Assembly (NCBI GenBank): GCA_035574255.1
Contig: DATLYZ010000102.1
Location: 47,194 to 111,193 of the forward strand
Source: Gemmatimonadales bacterium
Lineage (GTDB): Bacteria > Gemmatimonadota > Gemmatimonadetes > Gemmatimonadales > GWC2-71-9
DNA: 64,000 nucleotides
Direction of reading: 5' to 3'
Part shown: positions 18,854 to 28,692 of the stretch, piece after piece
Layout: each line of letters starts with the position of its first letter
Position numbering within the stretch: the stretch's first letter is position 1
The notes under the pieces: generated by a model
Told to the model about the DNA's origin: nothing
The model's input: only the letters and a program-made list of their open reading frames with translations
Databases searched by the model: none
Program-made: the position numbers and the translations under genes

Positions 18854-19232
18854 GCACAGCGCAGCCCGGAAGGCCCCGGCGAGCCGATCGGGTCCGGGCG
18901 CTCGGTTGCAGGGCATCCGCGGCGGGTCGGCCGTGCCGGTCGAGCTGGACCGGGTCATTCACGAACGGGTCAGACTGGCCATCGTGAGCGCGCTGGCCGT
19001 GAACGACACGCTGTCCTTCAACGCGCTCAAGACCTTGCTCGATCTCACCGACGGGAACCTGAGCGTGCACGCGCGCAAGCTGGAGGAAGCGGGGTATGTG
19101 CACTGCCTCAAGTTTTTCGACGGCCGGATCCCCCGCACCGAATTCCGCCTCACGGCCCAGGGACGCAAGGCGCTGGAGCGCTACCTCGCCCACATGGAAG
19201 CCCTGATCCGGGCCACCCGGCAGGGGCCCTAG
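18846..19232 (+). CDS. winged-helix transcriptional regulator (MarR/ArsR-like, HTH_34-type)
   Basis: [48 protein letters not shown]. The GTG start overlaps the upstream stop by 8 nt. Confidence 0.7.
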   Translation: MARHSAARKAPASRSGPGARLQGIRGGSAVPVELDRVIHERVRLAIVSALAVNDTLSFNALKTLLDLTDGNLSVHARKLEEAGYVHCLKFFDGRIPRTEFRLTAQGRKALERYLAHMEALIRATRQGP

Positions 19233-19289
19233 CACGATTCTCGCACCCGGCAAGGGGCGGCATCCCCCCCGGGGCGGTACGCGGAGCCT

Positions 19290-19312
19290 CTTTGTGATGC
19301 AAAGCACTTCAC
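19290..19312. promoter_or_regulatory. 23-nt motif copy 2: CTTTGTGATGCAAAGCACTTCAC, spanning the uppS start codon
   Basis: See copy 1. It covers GTG 19294 and ATG 19297 of uppS. Confidence 0.6.
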
Positions 19313-20001
19313 TCCACGTCGCCATCATCATGGACGGCAACGGCCGCTGGGCCCGAAGCCGGGGGCTCCCGCGCACAGCGGGCCACCGGGCCGGCGTGGA
19401 CGCCGTGCGCCGGGTGGTGGAGGCCGCCCCCGGACTCGGCATCCGGATCCTCACGCTGTACACCTTTTCCTCCGATAACTGGCAGCGGCCGCGAGCCGAG
19501 GTGAACACGCTGTTCCAGCTCTTCCAGGAGCACCTCGCGAACGAGCTGCCGCGGCTCCGGGAGAACGGGGTCCGGCTCACCGTGATCGGGCGGCGCGACC
19601 GGTTCCCGCTCCCGCTCCGGAGCGCGGTGGCCGCCGCGGAGCGCCTGACGGCCCGGTGCGCCCGGCTCGATCTCCGGCTCGCCATGGATTATTCCTCCCG
19701 CGACCAGATCCTCCGCGCCGCAACCCTGGCGCGTGGCGGCCTGCTCGGGCGGGAGCGATTCGCCGCGCTGCTCGGACATGCCGGCCACGGCCACGGCCCC
19801 TCCCCGGACGTGGACCTGCTCATCCGGACCGGTGGGGAGCAGCGCCTGAGCGACTTCCTCCTCTGGGAGTGCGCCTACGCCGAGCTGGTCTTCACCGAGG
19901 TCCCCTGGCCGGACTTCGGCCCCGAGCACCTGGCCCAGGCCGTCGCGGAGTTCCAGCGCCGCGAGCGCCGGTTCGGCCGGGTGGAGGAACGGACCTCCTG
20001 A
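19294..20001 (+). CDS. uppS: undecaprenyl diphosphate synthase (isoprenyl transferase)
   Basis: [13 protein letters not shown] and [14 protein letters not shown], plus a C-terminal RFG-type tail (ERRFGRV). Confidence 0.92.
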   Translation: MMQSTSLHVAIIMDGNGRWARSRGLPRTAGHRAGVDAVRRVVEAAPGLGIRILTLYTFSSDNWQRPRAEVNTLFQLFQEHLANELPRLRENGVRLTVIGRRDRFPLPLRSAVAAAERLTARCARLDLRLAMDYSSRDQILRAATLARGGLLGRERFAALLGHAGHGHGPSPDVDLLIRTGGEQRLSDFLLWECAYAELVFTEVPWPDFGPEHLAQAVAEFQRRERRFGRVEERTS

Positions 20002-21479
20002 TGCCGAAGGCGACACGGCAGCCCGGGGTGCTCCTCGGGCTGGCGCTCGGGTTCGGCATCCTGGGCGACCTGCTGTTCCGCGCCCCCGGCCTGGGCCTCA
20101 ACGCCGCGCTCTGGATCTGGGGGATGACCGGGGCGTGGATCTGGGCGCGGCGCGGCGGGCCGGGGGGACTGCCTCGCGGCGAGCAGCTCCTGCTCGGGGC
20201 AGCACTCCTGGTGGGCTTCGGGTTCCTGGCCCGGGACGCGGAGTTGCTCCACCTCCTGGACGCCGCGGCTCTCGTCGGCCTCGCGATCCTGCTGCCGCTG
20301 GCGGCGCAGGGCGAGCCGCGGGTCTGGAGCCCGGCCGGCCTGGTGCGCGGCGCGGGCGAACTTGTGGCCCGGGGTGTCGCGGGGCTGATCCCGCTCGCCC
20401 TCGATGTCCGCCGGGCGGACGCCGGCCGAACCGCTCGAGCCGCCCGCGTGGCCTCGGCCTTGCTGCGCGGAGTGGTGATCACCATTCCGGTGCTCGTCGT
20501 CTTCGGGGGGTTGCTCGCGGCGGCGGACCCGTCGTTCGAGCGCTTCCTGGCGAGGCTGGTCCGATGGGACCTGGACCGCGTGGCCTCCCACGCCGCCGGA
20601 ACCCTGGCGGGGGCGTGGCTCAGCGCCGGGTTCCTGTCCGGCGCTCTGCCTCGCGTGGCGCCTGTCCCCGCCACCGCCTCCCGGCCCGGTGCCGGTGGAC
20701 TGGGTGCCCTGGAAATCCTGGTGCCGCTGGGCTCGCTCGACCTCCTCTTCGCGGCATTCATCGCCTTCCAGATCCCCTATCTGTTCGGCGGTCACGCCTT
20801 CGTGCTGGCCACCGGAGGCCTGAGCCTGGCCGAGTACGCCCGGCGCGGGTTCTTCGAACTGGTGCTGGCGTCCGCGCTGGTCCTGCCTTTGCTCCTGGCG
20901 CTCGGTGCCCGCCTCGCCGAGGAAGGACCGGCCCGTCTCGTGTACCGGGTGCTGGCCGGCATTCAGGTCGGGCTCATGCTGGCGATCATCGGTTCGGCGC
21001 TCCACCGCATGCTGATCTATCAACGCGAGTACGGGCTCAGCACCGACCGGTTCTATGCGACGGCGTTCGAGGTGGGCCTGGCCGCCACCCTGCTCTGGTT
21101 CGCGGCCACGGAACTCCGCGGCCGGTCCCGGCAGTTCGTCCCTGGCGCGCTCGGGGCATGGGCGGCGTGGCTGGTCCTGCTCCACCTGGTGAACCCCGAA
21201 CGCGTGGTGGTCGAGGTCAACGTGCGGCGGGCGGAGCAGGGCCGCGCGCTGGACGTCGCCTACCTGTCGCGGCTCAGCGCCGACGCCGTGCCCGCGCTGG
21301 TCGCGAAGCTCGATCGCCTCGAGCCCGACGCGCGCGCGGCACTCCGGTCGGCCCTCGTGACGCGCTGGCATGCCGAAGCCCCCGCCCCCGGCGCCTCGTT
21401 CAGGCGGGACCTGCGGAGCTGGAACCGGGCGCGGGCTCGCGCGGCCGCGGCGGTGGGGGCGCTGGCCTGGTCGCCGTGA
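20001..21479 (+). CDS. DUF4153/DUF4173-like polytopic membrane protein
   Basis: TGATG overlap with uppS. Many TM segments, with YARRGFFEL and IYQREYGLSTDRFYA strings that I associate with this family. Confidence 0.55.
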   Translation: MPKATRQPGVLLGLALGFGILGDLLFRAPGLGLNAALWIWGMTGAWIWARRGGPGGLPRGEQLLLGAALLVGFGFLARDAELLHLLDAAALVGLAILLPLAAQGEPRVWSPAGLVRGAGELVARGVAGLIPLALDVRRADAGRTARAARVASALLRGVVITIPVLVVFGGLLAAADPSFERFLARLVRWDLDRVASHAAGTLAGAWLSAGFLSGALPRVAPVPATASRPGAGGLGALEILVPLGSLDLLFAAFIAFQIPYLFGGHAFVLATGGLSLAEYARRGFFELVLASALVLPLLLALGARLAEEGPARLVYRVLAGIQVGLMLAIIGSALHRMLIYQREYGLSTDRFYATAFEVGLAATLLWFAATELRGRSRQFVPGALGAWAAWLVLLHLVNPERVVVEVNVRRAEQGRALDVAYLSRLSADAVPALVAKLDRLEPDARAALRSALVTRWHAEAPAPGASFRRDLRSWNRARARAAAAVGALAWSP

Positions 21480-21695
21480 ATCCCGAGTCGTCCCGGGCGG
21501 GTACCGCCAGGCCGGGCGATCGGCTCTGGGCCACCGGGGGAAGCCTTGCCGCTTCGAGCCGGCTCGAGGGGTGAGCCGGTCCCCTCAGAGTCGAGCGCAG
21601 CCCGTTGGGTGCGAAGGCCGGGCTGCGCCAGGCACCGGTATTGCTGCTCGCGGCCGCTCTTCTCGCCGGGGCGGGAGGTCGCTACTCATTCGGTC

Positions 21696-21914
21696 ATGTC
21701 AACGCAACTGGGACCCTGGCTGGTCGGGGTGGGACTCGCGATCAGTCTCCTCGGAGTGCTGGTGTGGTCGGGCGGACTGGCCTGGTTCGGGCGGCTCCCG
21801 GGCGACATCCGGATCGAGTCGGGCAACACGCGGATCTACATTCCGATCGTCTCCTGCCTGGTCCTCTCCCTTGTTGCCTCGCTCCTCGTCTACCTGGTGC
21901 GCCGGTTTCGTTGA
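21696..21914 (+). CDS. DUF2905 family small membrane protein
   Basis: 72 aa with FGRLPGDIRIESGNTRIYIPIVSCLVLSLV, characteristic of DUF2905. Confidence 0.75.
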   Translation: MSTQLGPWLVGVGLAISLLGVLVWSGGLAWFGRLPGDIRIESGNTRIYIPIVSCLVLSLVASLLVYLVRRFR

Positions 21915-21994
21915 TCGCCGGGCGGCCGCCGACCGGTCCCGGAAGACCTGACCCGGTGCAGCCGGTGCGCCGGCGCGACCACGCCATCCCTACC

Positions 21995-22924
21995 ATGCCG
22001 AATCGAACCGGTTGGACTCGTCGCCAGTTTCTCCTCGCCGGGGGCGGCCTCGTTGCCGCGGCCTCGGCCGGGGTGGCGACCGACGCCTTCGCCCTCGCTC
22101 CCCACCGGGTAGCCGTGAGCCGGATGGACTTCGGCCTGTCCGGCCTCGCGCCGGAACTGGACGGGCTCCGCCTGGCCCAGGTGACCGATGTCCATCTGTA
22201 CAACGGCGTCCACCGCGCCGCCCGGCGCGTCATGGAGGTGCTCGCTGCCGAGCAGCCCGACGTGGTGTTCTTCCTCGGCGACCTGTGCGAGCGGCCGGCG
22301 GAGCTACCCCACTTGGAGCAGGTCCTGGCCGCCTGCCGGGGGCGGCTCGGCACCTTCGTCACCATCGGCAACTGGGAGCGCCAGAGCGGGATCACGCCCG
22401 CCATGCTCGCCAGGACGTGCTCGGCAGCGGGCGCGGATTTCCTCTTCAACGAGTCGCGGGTGGTTCGGGTGGGCGGAGCCCTGCTCGTGGTGGTCGGGCT
22501 GGACGACCCGGTCCTCGGTTTCCCGGATCCGGATCGGGCGCTGAGCGGCGCCCCTTCAGGGGCGCCGGTGATCTGGGTGCACCATGGGCCGGACCTGGAG
22601 GGGCGCCTGCCCGCGAGCACGCCGCGCCCCGAACTCATGCTCGCGGGCCACACCCACGGCGGCCAGATCCGGATCCCGGGGCTGCCACCGGTACTCCCCC
22701 GCGGCGCTGGCCGGTTCGTGGCCGGCTGGTACCATGACACGCTGGCGCCGCTCTACGTATCGCGGGGGGTCGGAACGACCGTGATCCGGGCCCGATTCAA
22801 CTGTCCGCCGGAGCTCCCGATCATCACCCTTCGCCGTCACGGCGCCGGTTCTGTGGCCCACCACCACAGGCGCTCCAGCGGTTTGGCGCGAGGCCACACC
22901 TCGTCCAGCGTGTCCCCGTCGTAG
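21995..22924 (+). CDS. Tat-exported calcineurin-like metallophosphoesterase
   Basis: Twin-arginine TRRQFLL, then VTDVHL, FLGDL, GNWE and AGHTHGGQ. The 3' end overlaps the convergent gene by 88 nt. Confidence 0.8.
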   Translation: MPNRTGWTRRQFLLAGGGLVAAASAGVATDAFALAPHRVAVSRMDFGLSGLAPELDGLRLAQVTDVHLYNGVHRAARRVMEVLAAEQPDVVFFLGDLCERPAELPHLEQVLAACRGRLGTFVTIGNWERQSGITPAMLARTCSAAGADFLFNESRVVRVGGALLVVVGLDDPVLGFPDPDRALSGAPSGAPVIWVHHGPDLEGRLPASTPRPELMLAGHTHGGQIRIPGLPPVLPRGAGRFVAGWYHDTLAPLYVSRGVGTTVIRARFNCPPELPIITLRRHGAGSVAHHHRRSSGLARGHTSSSVSPS

Positions 22925-25900
22925 AGCCGGCCGTTTTTCATCACGTAGCGGATCCGTTCCGTCTGGTGGATGTCCTCCAGGGGGTTGCCGTCCAGCACGA
23001 CGAGGTCGGCCAGCTTGCCTGGCTCCAGTGAGCCCAGGTCCTGGCCCAGCCCGATCGCCTCGGCGCCAAAGAGGGTGCCGGCTCGGAGCACGTCGTGGGG
23101 TTTCAGGCCCCCGGCGGCCAGCGACCACAGTTCCCAGTGGTCGCCCAGGCCGTCGAGCTGGCCGTGGCCCCCGAGTCCCACCCGGCCCCCCGCCTCGACG
23201 ATCCGCCTGGCGCCTTCGGCGATTCGGCGGAAGACGTACTGGTTCTCCCGGAACCAGGGCCGCCGCTCCACCCGCCGGTCAATCTCCTGGTGCGGGATGA
23301 AGCGCCGGACCTTCGGCAGGTCGTGGATGTCATAGCGCTCGTAGTACCAGTTCTCGCTCCAGGGCCCGCCGTACGAGACGAGCAGCGTCGGGGTATAGGT
23401 GATGCCCGAGCGGGCGAAGAGCTCCACGGCGTCGCGGTACAGCGGCATGATGGGCAGGCTGTGCTCGAGCCCGGGATACCCGTCCATCGCGACGGTCAGA
23501 TTCATCTTGAAATCGAGTCCGCCCTCGGTGGTGGGCATCAGTCCCTGCTCGCGGGCCGCCATGATCACCCATTGGCGCTGCTTCCGGTTGCCCGCCATGT
23601 ACTGCTTGATGGTCCCGACCCGATAGAACTCCGAGTAGCGCTTGAGCGCGTTCCGTACCTCGTCCAGGTCCTTGAACGGTTCCTCGAGGAACGGGCCGAA
23701 GACGCCGGGGCCGGTGTGGTAGATCCGGGGCCCGAGCAGCGCTCCCGCCTCGACCTGGTCGGCGTAGGTGAGGACGTCGGTGGTCGCGGTCTGGGGGTCC
23801 CGGACGGTCGTCACCCCCCAGGCGAGATTGGCGAGGTACTTCCAGACCTGCGGCTGATGGATGCCCCACTGCGGCCAGGGGTGAGCGTGAATGTCCACCA
23901 GCCCCGGGATGATGGTTCGTCCCGCCACGTCGAGCACCCGGGCGCCAGGGGGGGTGGCGGTGCGGGGACCGGCGTAGGCAATCCGGTTGTCGCTCACCAC
24001 CAGGTCCCCATCCTCGATCACCTCGTCGCCCTTCATCGTGATGATCCGGGCGCCCCGGAGCACGAGGGTGCCGCGGGGCACGTCGCGCGGCACCGTGACG
24101 GTGACGTCGAGCCGGCGCGGCTCGTAGGCCGGGGCCTTCCTGAGCGAGTCCACCCGGGCCCTGGCGGCCGAATCCGCCCGGTCACCCAGCTCTCGAAGCG
24201 AATCGGCCCGCGCGCTGTCGGCCGCGGCCTTGCGCGCGGCGAGCGAGTCGGCGGCCGCAAGGTCGTAGCGGAAGAAGCTCCGGCCCAGCGACCAGAAGAC
24301 GCTCCTGCCGTCGCCGGCCCAGCCGATGAAGTCGCCGCCGATCCGAGTGAGGCGCCGGGCCGGGAAGGCGGTGGCGGTGGGGTCGGCCACGTTCAGCACG
24401 AGCGGCTGCTGGCCGGTCTGAGGGAGGGTTACTAGGTAGACATAGTTGTTCACCAGGGCCAGCACCCGGCCGCTGTCCGGGGCGATGAGAATCTCGTCCG
24501 CGGAATTCGGCTGGGCGTCCGGCACGTTGACGGTGAATCCGGTGATCTTGACGTGGGCGCGACGGTCGGTCCCGTCGTAGCGCAGGGAGACCAGCCCGTC
24601 GGCCGGGTCGTAGAGGTAGATCCGGTCCGGGTCGCGGCTCACGTGGGGGCGTCCCCCGGGATTGACCGGCGTGACGCGGGTGGCCTTCCCGCCGCCCGCC
24701 GGGATCCAGACCAGTTCGTATCCAGGCCCGAACCGTTCGGTGAGCCGCGCCTCGCGGGGACCGCGGAGTGCCACGAGGCGGCGGCCGTCGGGCGACCAGC
24801 AGGGCCACTGGTAAAAGCCGGGCTCCGTGGTGAGCCGGGCCGGCCGGCCGCCGCCGGCATCCACCTTGAGGATCGCACCGCCCTCCAGTCCCCAGGTCAC
24901 GTAGGCCACCGACCTGCCGTCGGGCGACCAGGCGGGGTTCTGCTCGTGGAGGGTATCCGTCGTCAGGCGGCGCGGCCTGCCGTTCGGGTACTGCATGACG
25001 TACAGCTTGTCCAGCGCGGAAAAGACCAGGCGGGTGCCGTCGGGCGAGAGCGCGGCGTCACGGACCTGCTTGACCTGCACCTCGCCGGTGTCCACCCGGG
25101 CCGGAAAGCTCACGGCCGGGCCGAGCGCGAGTCGGACCCGGGCGCGGAACGGGATCTCGGCGGCGGCGCCGGTCGCGAGGTCCACGCGCCAGATCCGCCC
25201 ACCCCAGGTCGTCACCAGCGCCCGGCTGTCCGGGGTGAAGGAGGACCCGGGGTAGAGGTCGCGGGTGAAGCGCGACTCCTGGTCGTCCCGCTGGACCGGG
25301 TAGCGGAGCCACCGCTCGTCGCCGGTGCGGAGGTTCCGGAGGCGGAGCCCGGTCTCCGCGTCGTGGCGCGAGGCGTACACCAGCCAGGCCCCGTCGGGCG
25401 AGAGCACCGGCCGCATGGCGCTCCCGTACAGGTCCGTCTGCACGTAGATGCGTCCGGTCTGCCGGTCGAAAATCGCGAGCTGCCACTGGCTCAGGTCAAT
25501 GTTGTAGCCGAACCCGCCTCGCTTGCGCGCATACCAGATATAGCGGCCGTCCGGGCCGAAGGCCGGGCCGAGCGAGTTGATGGTGGTTCCCCGCCCCGAC
25601 CCGAGGGCGCGTTCGCCCTTGTCATCCTTGGTGAGACTCACGCCGGCCCCGCCGTCCTTGTGGAAGAGCCAGAGCATGTAGCTGCTGCCGATCGGTCCCT
25701 GAGTCCGGGAGACCACGATGTACTCGCCGTCCGGGGTCCACTCCGGCGAGGCGTAGAGCTCCTTGTCCCCCTGGCTCACCTGCTTGAGCCGAGTCCCGTC
25801 GGCGTCCATGGTCCAGACGTTCTCGCTGCCGTCCCGATCGCTCAGGAACACGATCCGCCGGCCGTCCGGCGACCAGCGGGGCTGCGAATCGAATGCCGGC

Positions 25901-26175
25901 CCCGAGGTGAGGGGCCGGGCCTCGCCGCCTGCGAGGGGGAGCAGGTAGAGGTCTCCCATCAGCTCGAAGACGAGGCGGGTCCCGTCGGGCGAGACGTCGA
26001 GCGAGATCCAGGTGCCCTCGTCGGTCTCGAACTCGATGGTCCGCGAGGGGGCGAGGGGGAGGCTGTCCGCTTGCCGGCGGGCGGTATCTGCCTGCAACCC
26101 GGCCGGGGAGGCGACCGGCCGGGAGCGGGCGGGCAGGGGAGCGAGGAGCAGGGCCAGGGCAAAGGGCGGTAGCAT
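22837..26175 (-). CDS. secreted TolB-like beta-propeller / amidohydrolase fusion protein
   Basis: Signal peptide MLPPFALALLLAPLPARS from ATG 26175. Repeated PD40-like WSPDG strings, and a C-terminal amidohydrolase with VDIHAHPW. Confidence 0.8.
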   Translation of the reverse strand: MLPPFALALLLAPLPARSRPVASPAGLQADTARRQADSLPLAPSRTIEFETDEGTWISLDVSPDGTRLVFELMGDLYLLPLAGGEARPLTSGPAFDSQPRWSPDGRRIVFLSDRDGSENVWTMDADGTRLKQVSQGDKELYASPEWTPDGEYIVVSRTQGPIGSSYMLWLFHKDGGAGVSLTKDDKGERALGSGRGTTINSLGPAFGPDGRYIWYARKRGGFGYNIDLSQWQLAIFDRQTGRIYVQTDLYGSAMRPVLSPDGAWLVYASRHDAETGLRLRNLRTGDERWLRYPVQRDDQESRFTRDLYPGSSFTPDSRALVTTWGGRIWRVDLATGAAAEIPFRARVRLALGPAVSFPARVDTGEVQVKQVRDAALSPDGTRLVFSALDKLYVMQYPNGRPRRLTTDTLHEQNPAWSPDGRSVAYVTWGLEGGAILKVDAGGGRPARLTTEPGFYQWPCWSPDGRRLVALRGPREARLTERFGPGYELVWIPAGGGKATRVTPVNPGGRPHVSRDPDRIYLYDPADGLVSLRYDGTDRRAHVKITGFTVNVPDAQPNSADEILIAPDSGRVLALVNNYVYLVTLPQTGQQPLVLNVADPTATAFPARRLTRIGGDFIGWAGDGRSVFWSLGRSFFRYDLAAADSLAARKAAADSARADSLRELGDRADSAARARVDSLRKAPAYEPRRLDVTVTVPRDVPRGTLVLRGARIITMKGDEVIEDGDLVVSDNRIAYAGPRTATPPGARVLDVAGRTIIPGLVDIHAHPWPQWGIHQPQVWKYLANLAWGVTTVRDPQTATTDVLTYADQVEAGALLGPRIYHTGPGVFGPFLEEPFKDLDEVRNALKRYSEFYRVGTIKQYMAGNRKQRQWVIMAAREQGLMPTTEGGLDFKMNLTVAMDGYPGLEHSLPIMPLYRDAVELFARSGITYTPTLLVSYGGPWSENWYYERYDIHDLPKVRRFIPHQEIDRRVERRPWFRENQYVFRRIAEGARRIVEAGGRVGLGGHGQLDGLGDHWELWSLAAGGLKPHDVLRAGTLFGAEAIGLGQDLGSLEPGKLADLVVLDGNPLEDIHQTERIRYVMKNGRLYDGDTLDEVWPRAKPLERLWWWATEPAP

Positions 26176-26343
26176 GAGCGCCACTGGCACGCCGAAGCTT
26201 CCGGCGAGCGCGGCGTTGAGGCCGAGCTCGCCCACCGACGGCCCGTTGAGCCGGACGTCCAGACGAGGATCGGCCGGGTTGGTCTGGTCCTCGTGGACCG
26301 CACCCGCGATCCCCCCCATGTCCGCGGAGAGGTCGATCCGCAT
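26176..26343 (-). pseudogene. relic of an M55 (DppA-type D-aminopeptidase) gene, in frame with and directly upstream of the amidohydrolase start
   Basis: MRIDLSADMGGIAGAV matches the M55 N-terminus. It joins directly to RLNGPSVGELGLNAALAGSFGVPVAL, which matches a region about 130 residues into M55 proteins. The MEG metal ligand is changed to MGG. Confidence 0.5.
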
Positions 26344-26632
26344 GCGGAGAGATGGTACTCCGTCCGGCCCGCGACGCCAGGGGGCCCAGATCTCACCCCG
26401 CGGGTGCGGACGGGCCGGCTTCTCCCAGCGCAGGGAGCGCAGCTCGGCGCCTCCGCCCGGGCAGGCCGAAGCCGGGCGGTGGCCTCCCCACCGGCCTCCG
26501 CGCGGCGCCTGCTTCTCGAGGAAGTATCCGGGAGGGGACCAACGCCTGTGCCAGGCGGTCCAGCCGCCTCACGTCAACGCGGTGACCGGAGCTACGCTGG
26601 GGCGGCGCACCAGTGCGGCGCGGCCGAGGCGC

Positions 26633-26663
26633 GGAGGGGCCGTGCGTCCCCCCTCCCCCCCCC
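26633..26663 (-). repeat. hairpin plus bipartite homopolymer tract (plus strand GGAGGGG-N8-C6-T-C9; minus strand G9-A-G6) 14 nt after the flgM-like stop
   Basis: Counted directly. The GTGCGT-C-tract architecture is shared with 56342-56368. Confidence 0.8.
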
Positions 26664-26676
26664 GATCCCGGCGCGC

Positions 26677-26949
26677 TCACGGCTGGCCGATGAGGACCCG
26701 GCGGACCCGCTCGGCCACCCGTGAGCGGACTTCCGGCGTGTCGTAGTATCCGCTGAGCAGCCGGTCCCGGATCTGCTCCAGGCGGTCCGGGGAGATCGTC
26801 GGACCGGTGAGCCGCCGGCGGCGGGCGAGCTGCCAGGGGAGGCGCGCCCGGTGCGCCGGGCGGGAGCCCGGGGTGGTTCCCTCTCCAGGGTGTTGTTCCG
26901 GGGCCTCCCCGAGGGGGCTCGTTCGAAGGTCTGCCGGTTCTCTGGTCAT
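26677..26949 (-). CDS. flgM: anti-sigma-28 factor FlgM-like protein
   Basis: The C-terminus RLEQIRDRLLSGYYDTPEVRSRVAERV matches the FlgM helical motif, after a disordered N-terminal half. A sigma-28-type promoter lies upstream. ATG at 26949. Confidence 0.55.
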   Translation of the reverse strand: MTREPADLRTSPLGEAPEQHPGEGTTPGSRPAHRARLPWQLARRRRLTGPTISPDRLEQIRDRLLSGYYDTPEVRSRVAERVRRVLIGQP

Positions 26950-27038
26950 GCGGTGTCGGGGCCTCTCGCCGCCGGTGGGTGGAGGGCTGACTGCGCGTCC
27001 CAACCTGCCTGGGGTCCTCTTCCGTCCACTCTCCCTCG

Positions 27039-27065
27039 GTATCGGCCGAGCCGGGAAAAAAGTTA
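27039..27065 (-). promoter_or_regulatory. sigma-28 (FliA)-type promoter candidate TAAC-N15-GCCGATAC
   Basis: The reverse complement reads cTAACttttttcccggctcgGCCGATAcc, compared with the enteric consensus TAAA-N15-GCCGATAA. It lies about 90 nt upstream of the flgM-like ATG. Confidence 0.5.
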
Positions 27066-27170
27066 GCCGCGGCCCCGGCGGCCCGCGGCCAGGAGGCGTT
27101 CCCCCGCGGGGCGCCGCGTGGTATCTTGGCCGAAAGGCGGGTCTCGAGCCCGGGACCGCCGGAGGGAGGC

Positions 27171-28580
27171 GTGGCCACCATCCTTTGCGTGGACGACGAA
27201 CCCGCCACGGGCGTCGTCTTGGAGCACCATCTCGCCCGGCTCGGCCACCGACCGGTCCTCGCCTCCAGCGTGGACGAGGCCTTGAAAGTCGTGGTCCGGA
27301 GCCCGGTGGACCTGATCATCGCCGACTACCGGATGCCGGAGGCCACCGGGCTGGACCTCCTGCGCCTGCTCGCGCGCGAGGGGTACTCGATTCCCGTGAT
27401 CATCATGACCGGGTTCTCGAGTATCGAGCACGCGGTGGCCTCGATCAAGAGCGGCGCCATTGACTACCTCACCAAGCCCGTCCGCCCCGAGACGCTGGAA
27501 ATCGCCGTCGCCCAGGCCCTGGAAGTCGTGCGGCTCCGGCGCGAGAACGAGCAGTTCCGCCGCGAGATCAACCAGTACCGCGCCGCGCAACCCCTGATCG
27601 GCGAGAGCCGTCCGTTCCGCCAGGTCATGGAGATGATCGCCGCCGTGGCCCCGACCCGCGCGACCGTGCTGCTGGAGGGCGAGTCCGGCACGGGCAAGGA
27701 ACTCTTCGCCCGCGCGCTGCACGAGCAGAGCCCGCGGCGCGACGGGCCGTTCATCAGCGTCAATTGCGCGGCGATGCCGGAGGGGTTGGTGGAGAGCGCC
27801 CTGTTCGGGCACGAGAAGGGTGCGTTCACCGGCGCCACCAACCGGACCCCGGGCGCCTTCGAACGGGCCCACGGCGGCACCCTGCTCCTCGACGAGATCT
27901 CGGAGATGCGGCTCGACCTCCAGGTGAAGCTGCTCCGCGTGCTCCAGGAACAGGAGTTCGAGCGGCTGGGAGGCCAGCAGCCGGTTCGCGTGGATGTCCG
28001 CCTGATCGCGACGACCAATCGCGACCTCCTCGCCGAGGTGGATGCGGGGCGGTTTCGGGGCGATCTGTTCTACCGGCTCAACGTGGTGCCCATCCGGACT
28101 CCCCCGCTCCGGGACCGCCGCGAGGACATTCCGCTGCTGGTGCACCATTTCGCCCGGCGGGCGGCGGAGGAGATCGGCGTCACCGTCACCGGCATCGCCC
28201 CGGAGACGATTGACCTGCTGCTCCGGCATGCCTGGCCGGGCAACGTCCGCGAGCTCAAGAACGCCGTGGAGCGGGCCGTGATCCTCTCCCGGGGGGGGGT
28301 GCTGCCGCCGGCGGCGTTCCAGGGGGTGCTGGAGGCGGCCGGACGGGTGCCGGAAGCACCGGGGTGGCGGGCCGCCCCGGGGCGACCCGATTCCCCCGAG
28401 ACCGCCGGGGAGCCGTTCGACCTTCAGGAGATCGAACGCCGGGCCATCCGGCGCGCCTTGCTGGCGACGAACAACAACCGCACCCGGGCGGCCCGGCTGC
28501 TCGGGATCAGCGAGCGGACCCTGCGGAACAAGCTGAACGGCCGCAAGGGGGCTCCCCGCACCCCATGGCTGACCGAGTAA
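27171..28580 (+). CDS. sigma-54-dependent response regulator (NtrC family: REC, AAA+, Fis-HTH)
   Basis: ILCVDDEP...[11 protein letters not shown] in the receiver domain. [15 protein letters not shown] and GAFTGA in the AAA+ domain. C-terminal [20 protein letters not shown] 27171 follows GGAGGGAGG; TTG 27126 is an alternative start. Confidence 0.9.
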   Translation: MATILCVDDEPATGVVLEHHLARLGHRPVLASSVDEALKVVVRSPVDLIIADYRMPEATGLDLLRLLAREGYSIPVIIMTGFSSIEHAVASIKSGAIDYLTKPVRPETLEIAVAQALEVVRLRRENEQFRREINQYRAAQPLIGESRPFRQVMEMIAAVAPTRATVLLEGESGTGKELFARALHEQSPRRDGPFISVNCAAMPEGLVESALFGHEKGAFTGATNRTPGAFERAHGGTLLLDEISEMRLDLQVKLLRVLQEQEFERLGGQQPVRVDVRLIATTNRDLLAEVDAGRFRGDLFYRLNVVPIRTPPLRDRREDIPLLVHHFARRAAEEIGVTVTGIAPETIDLLLRHAWPGNVRELKNAVERAVILSRGGVLPPAAFQGVLEAAGRVPEAPGWRAAPGRPDSPETAGEPFDLQEIERRAIRRALLATNNNRTRAARLLGISERTLRNKLNGRKGAPRTPWLTE

Positions 28581-28692
28581 CAGCCCGGGCCGGCCGTCCG
28601 GAATTCCGAGCCCGCGGCCGCCAGTTCGCGCACCTTGTGGAGAGCGCCCGGGTGCGACAGCTTGAATGCACTCCAACTACCGTGGGGCCGGC

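Noticed and set aside
24170-24290. Repetitive ADS/ARA-rich coding segment (AADSLAARKAAADSARADSLRELGDRADSAARARVDSLRK) in the TolB/amidohydrolase gene.
   Set aside because: It is a low-complexity helical linker between the propeller and amidohydrolase domains, not a nucleotide-level tandem repeat or a mobile insertion.
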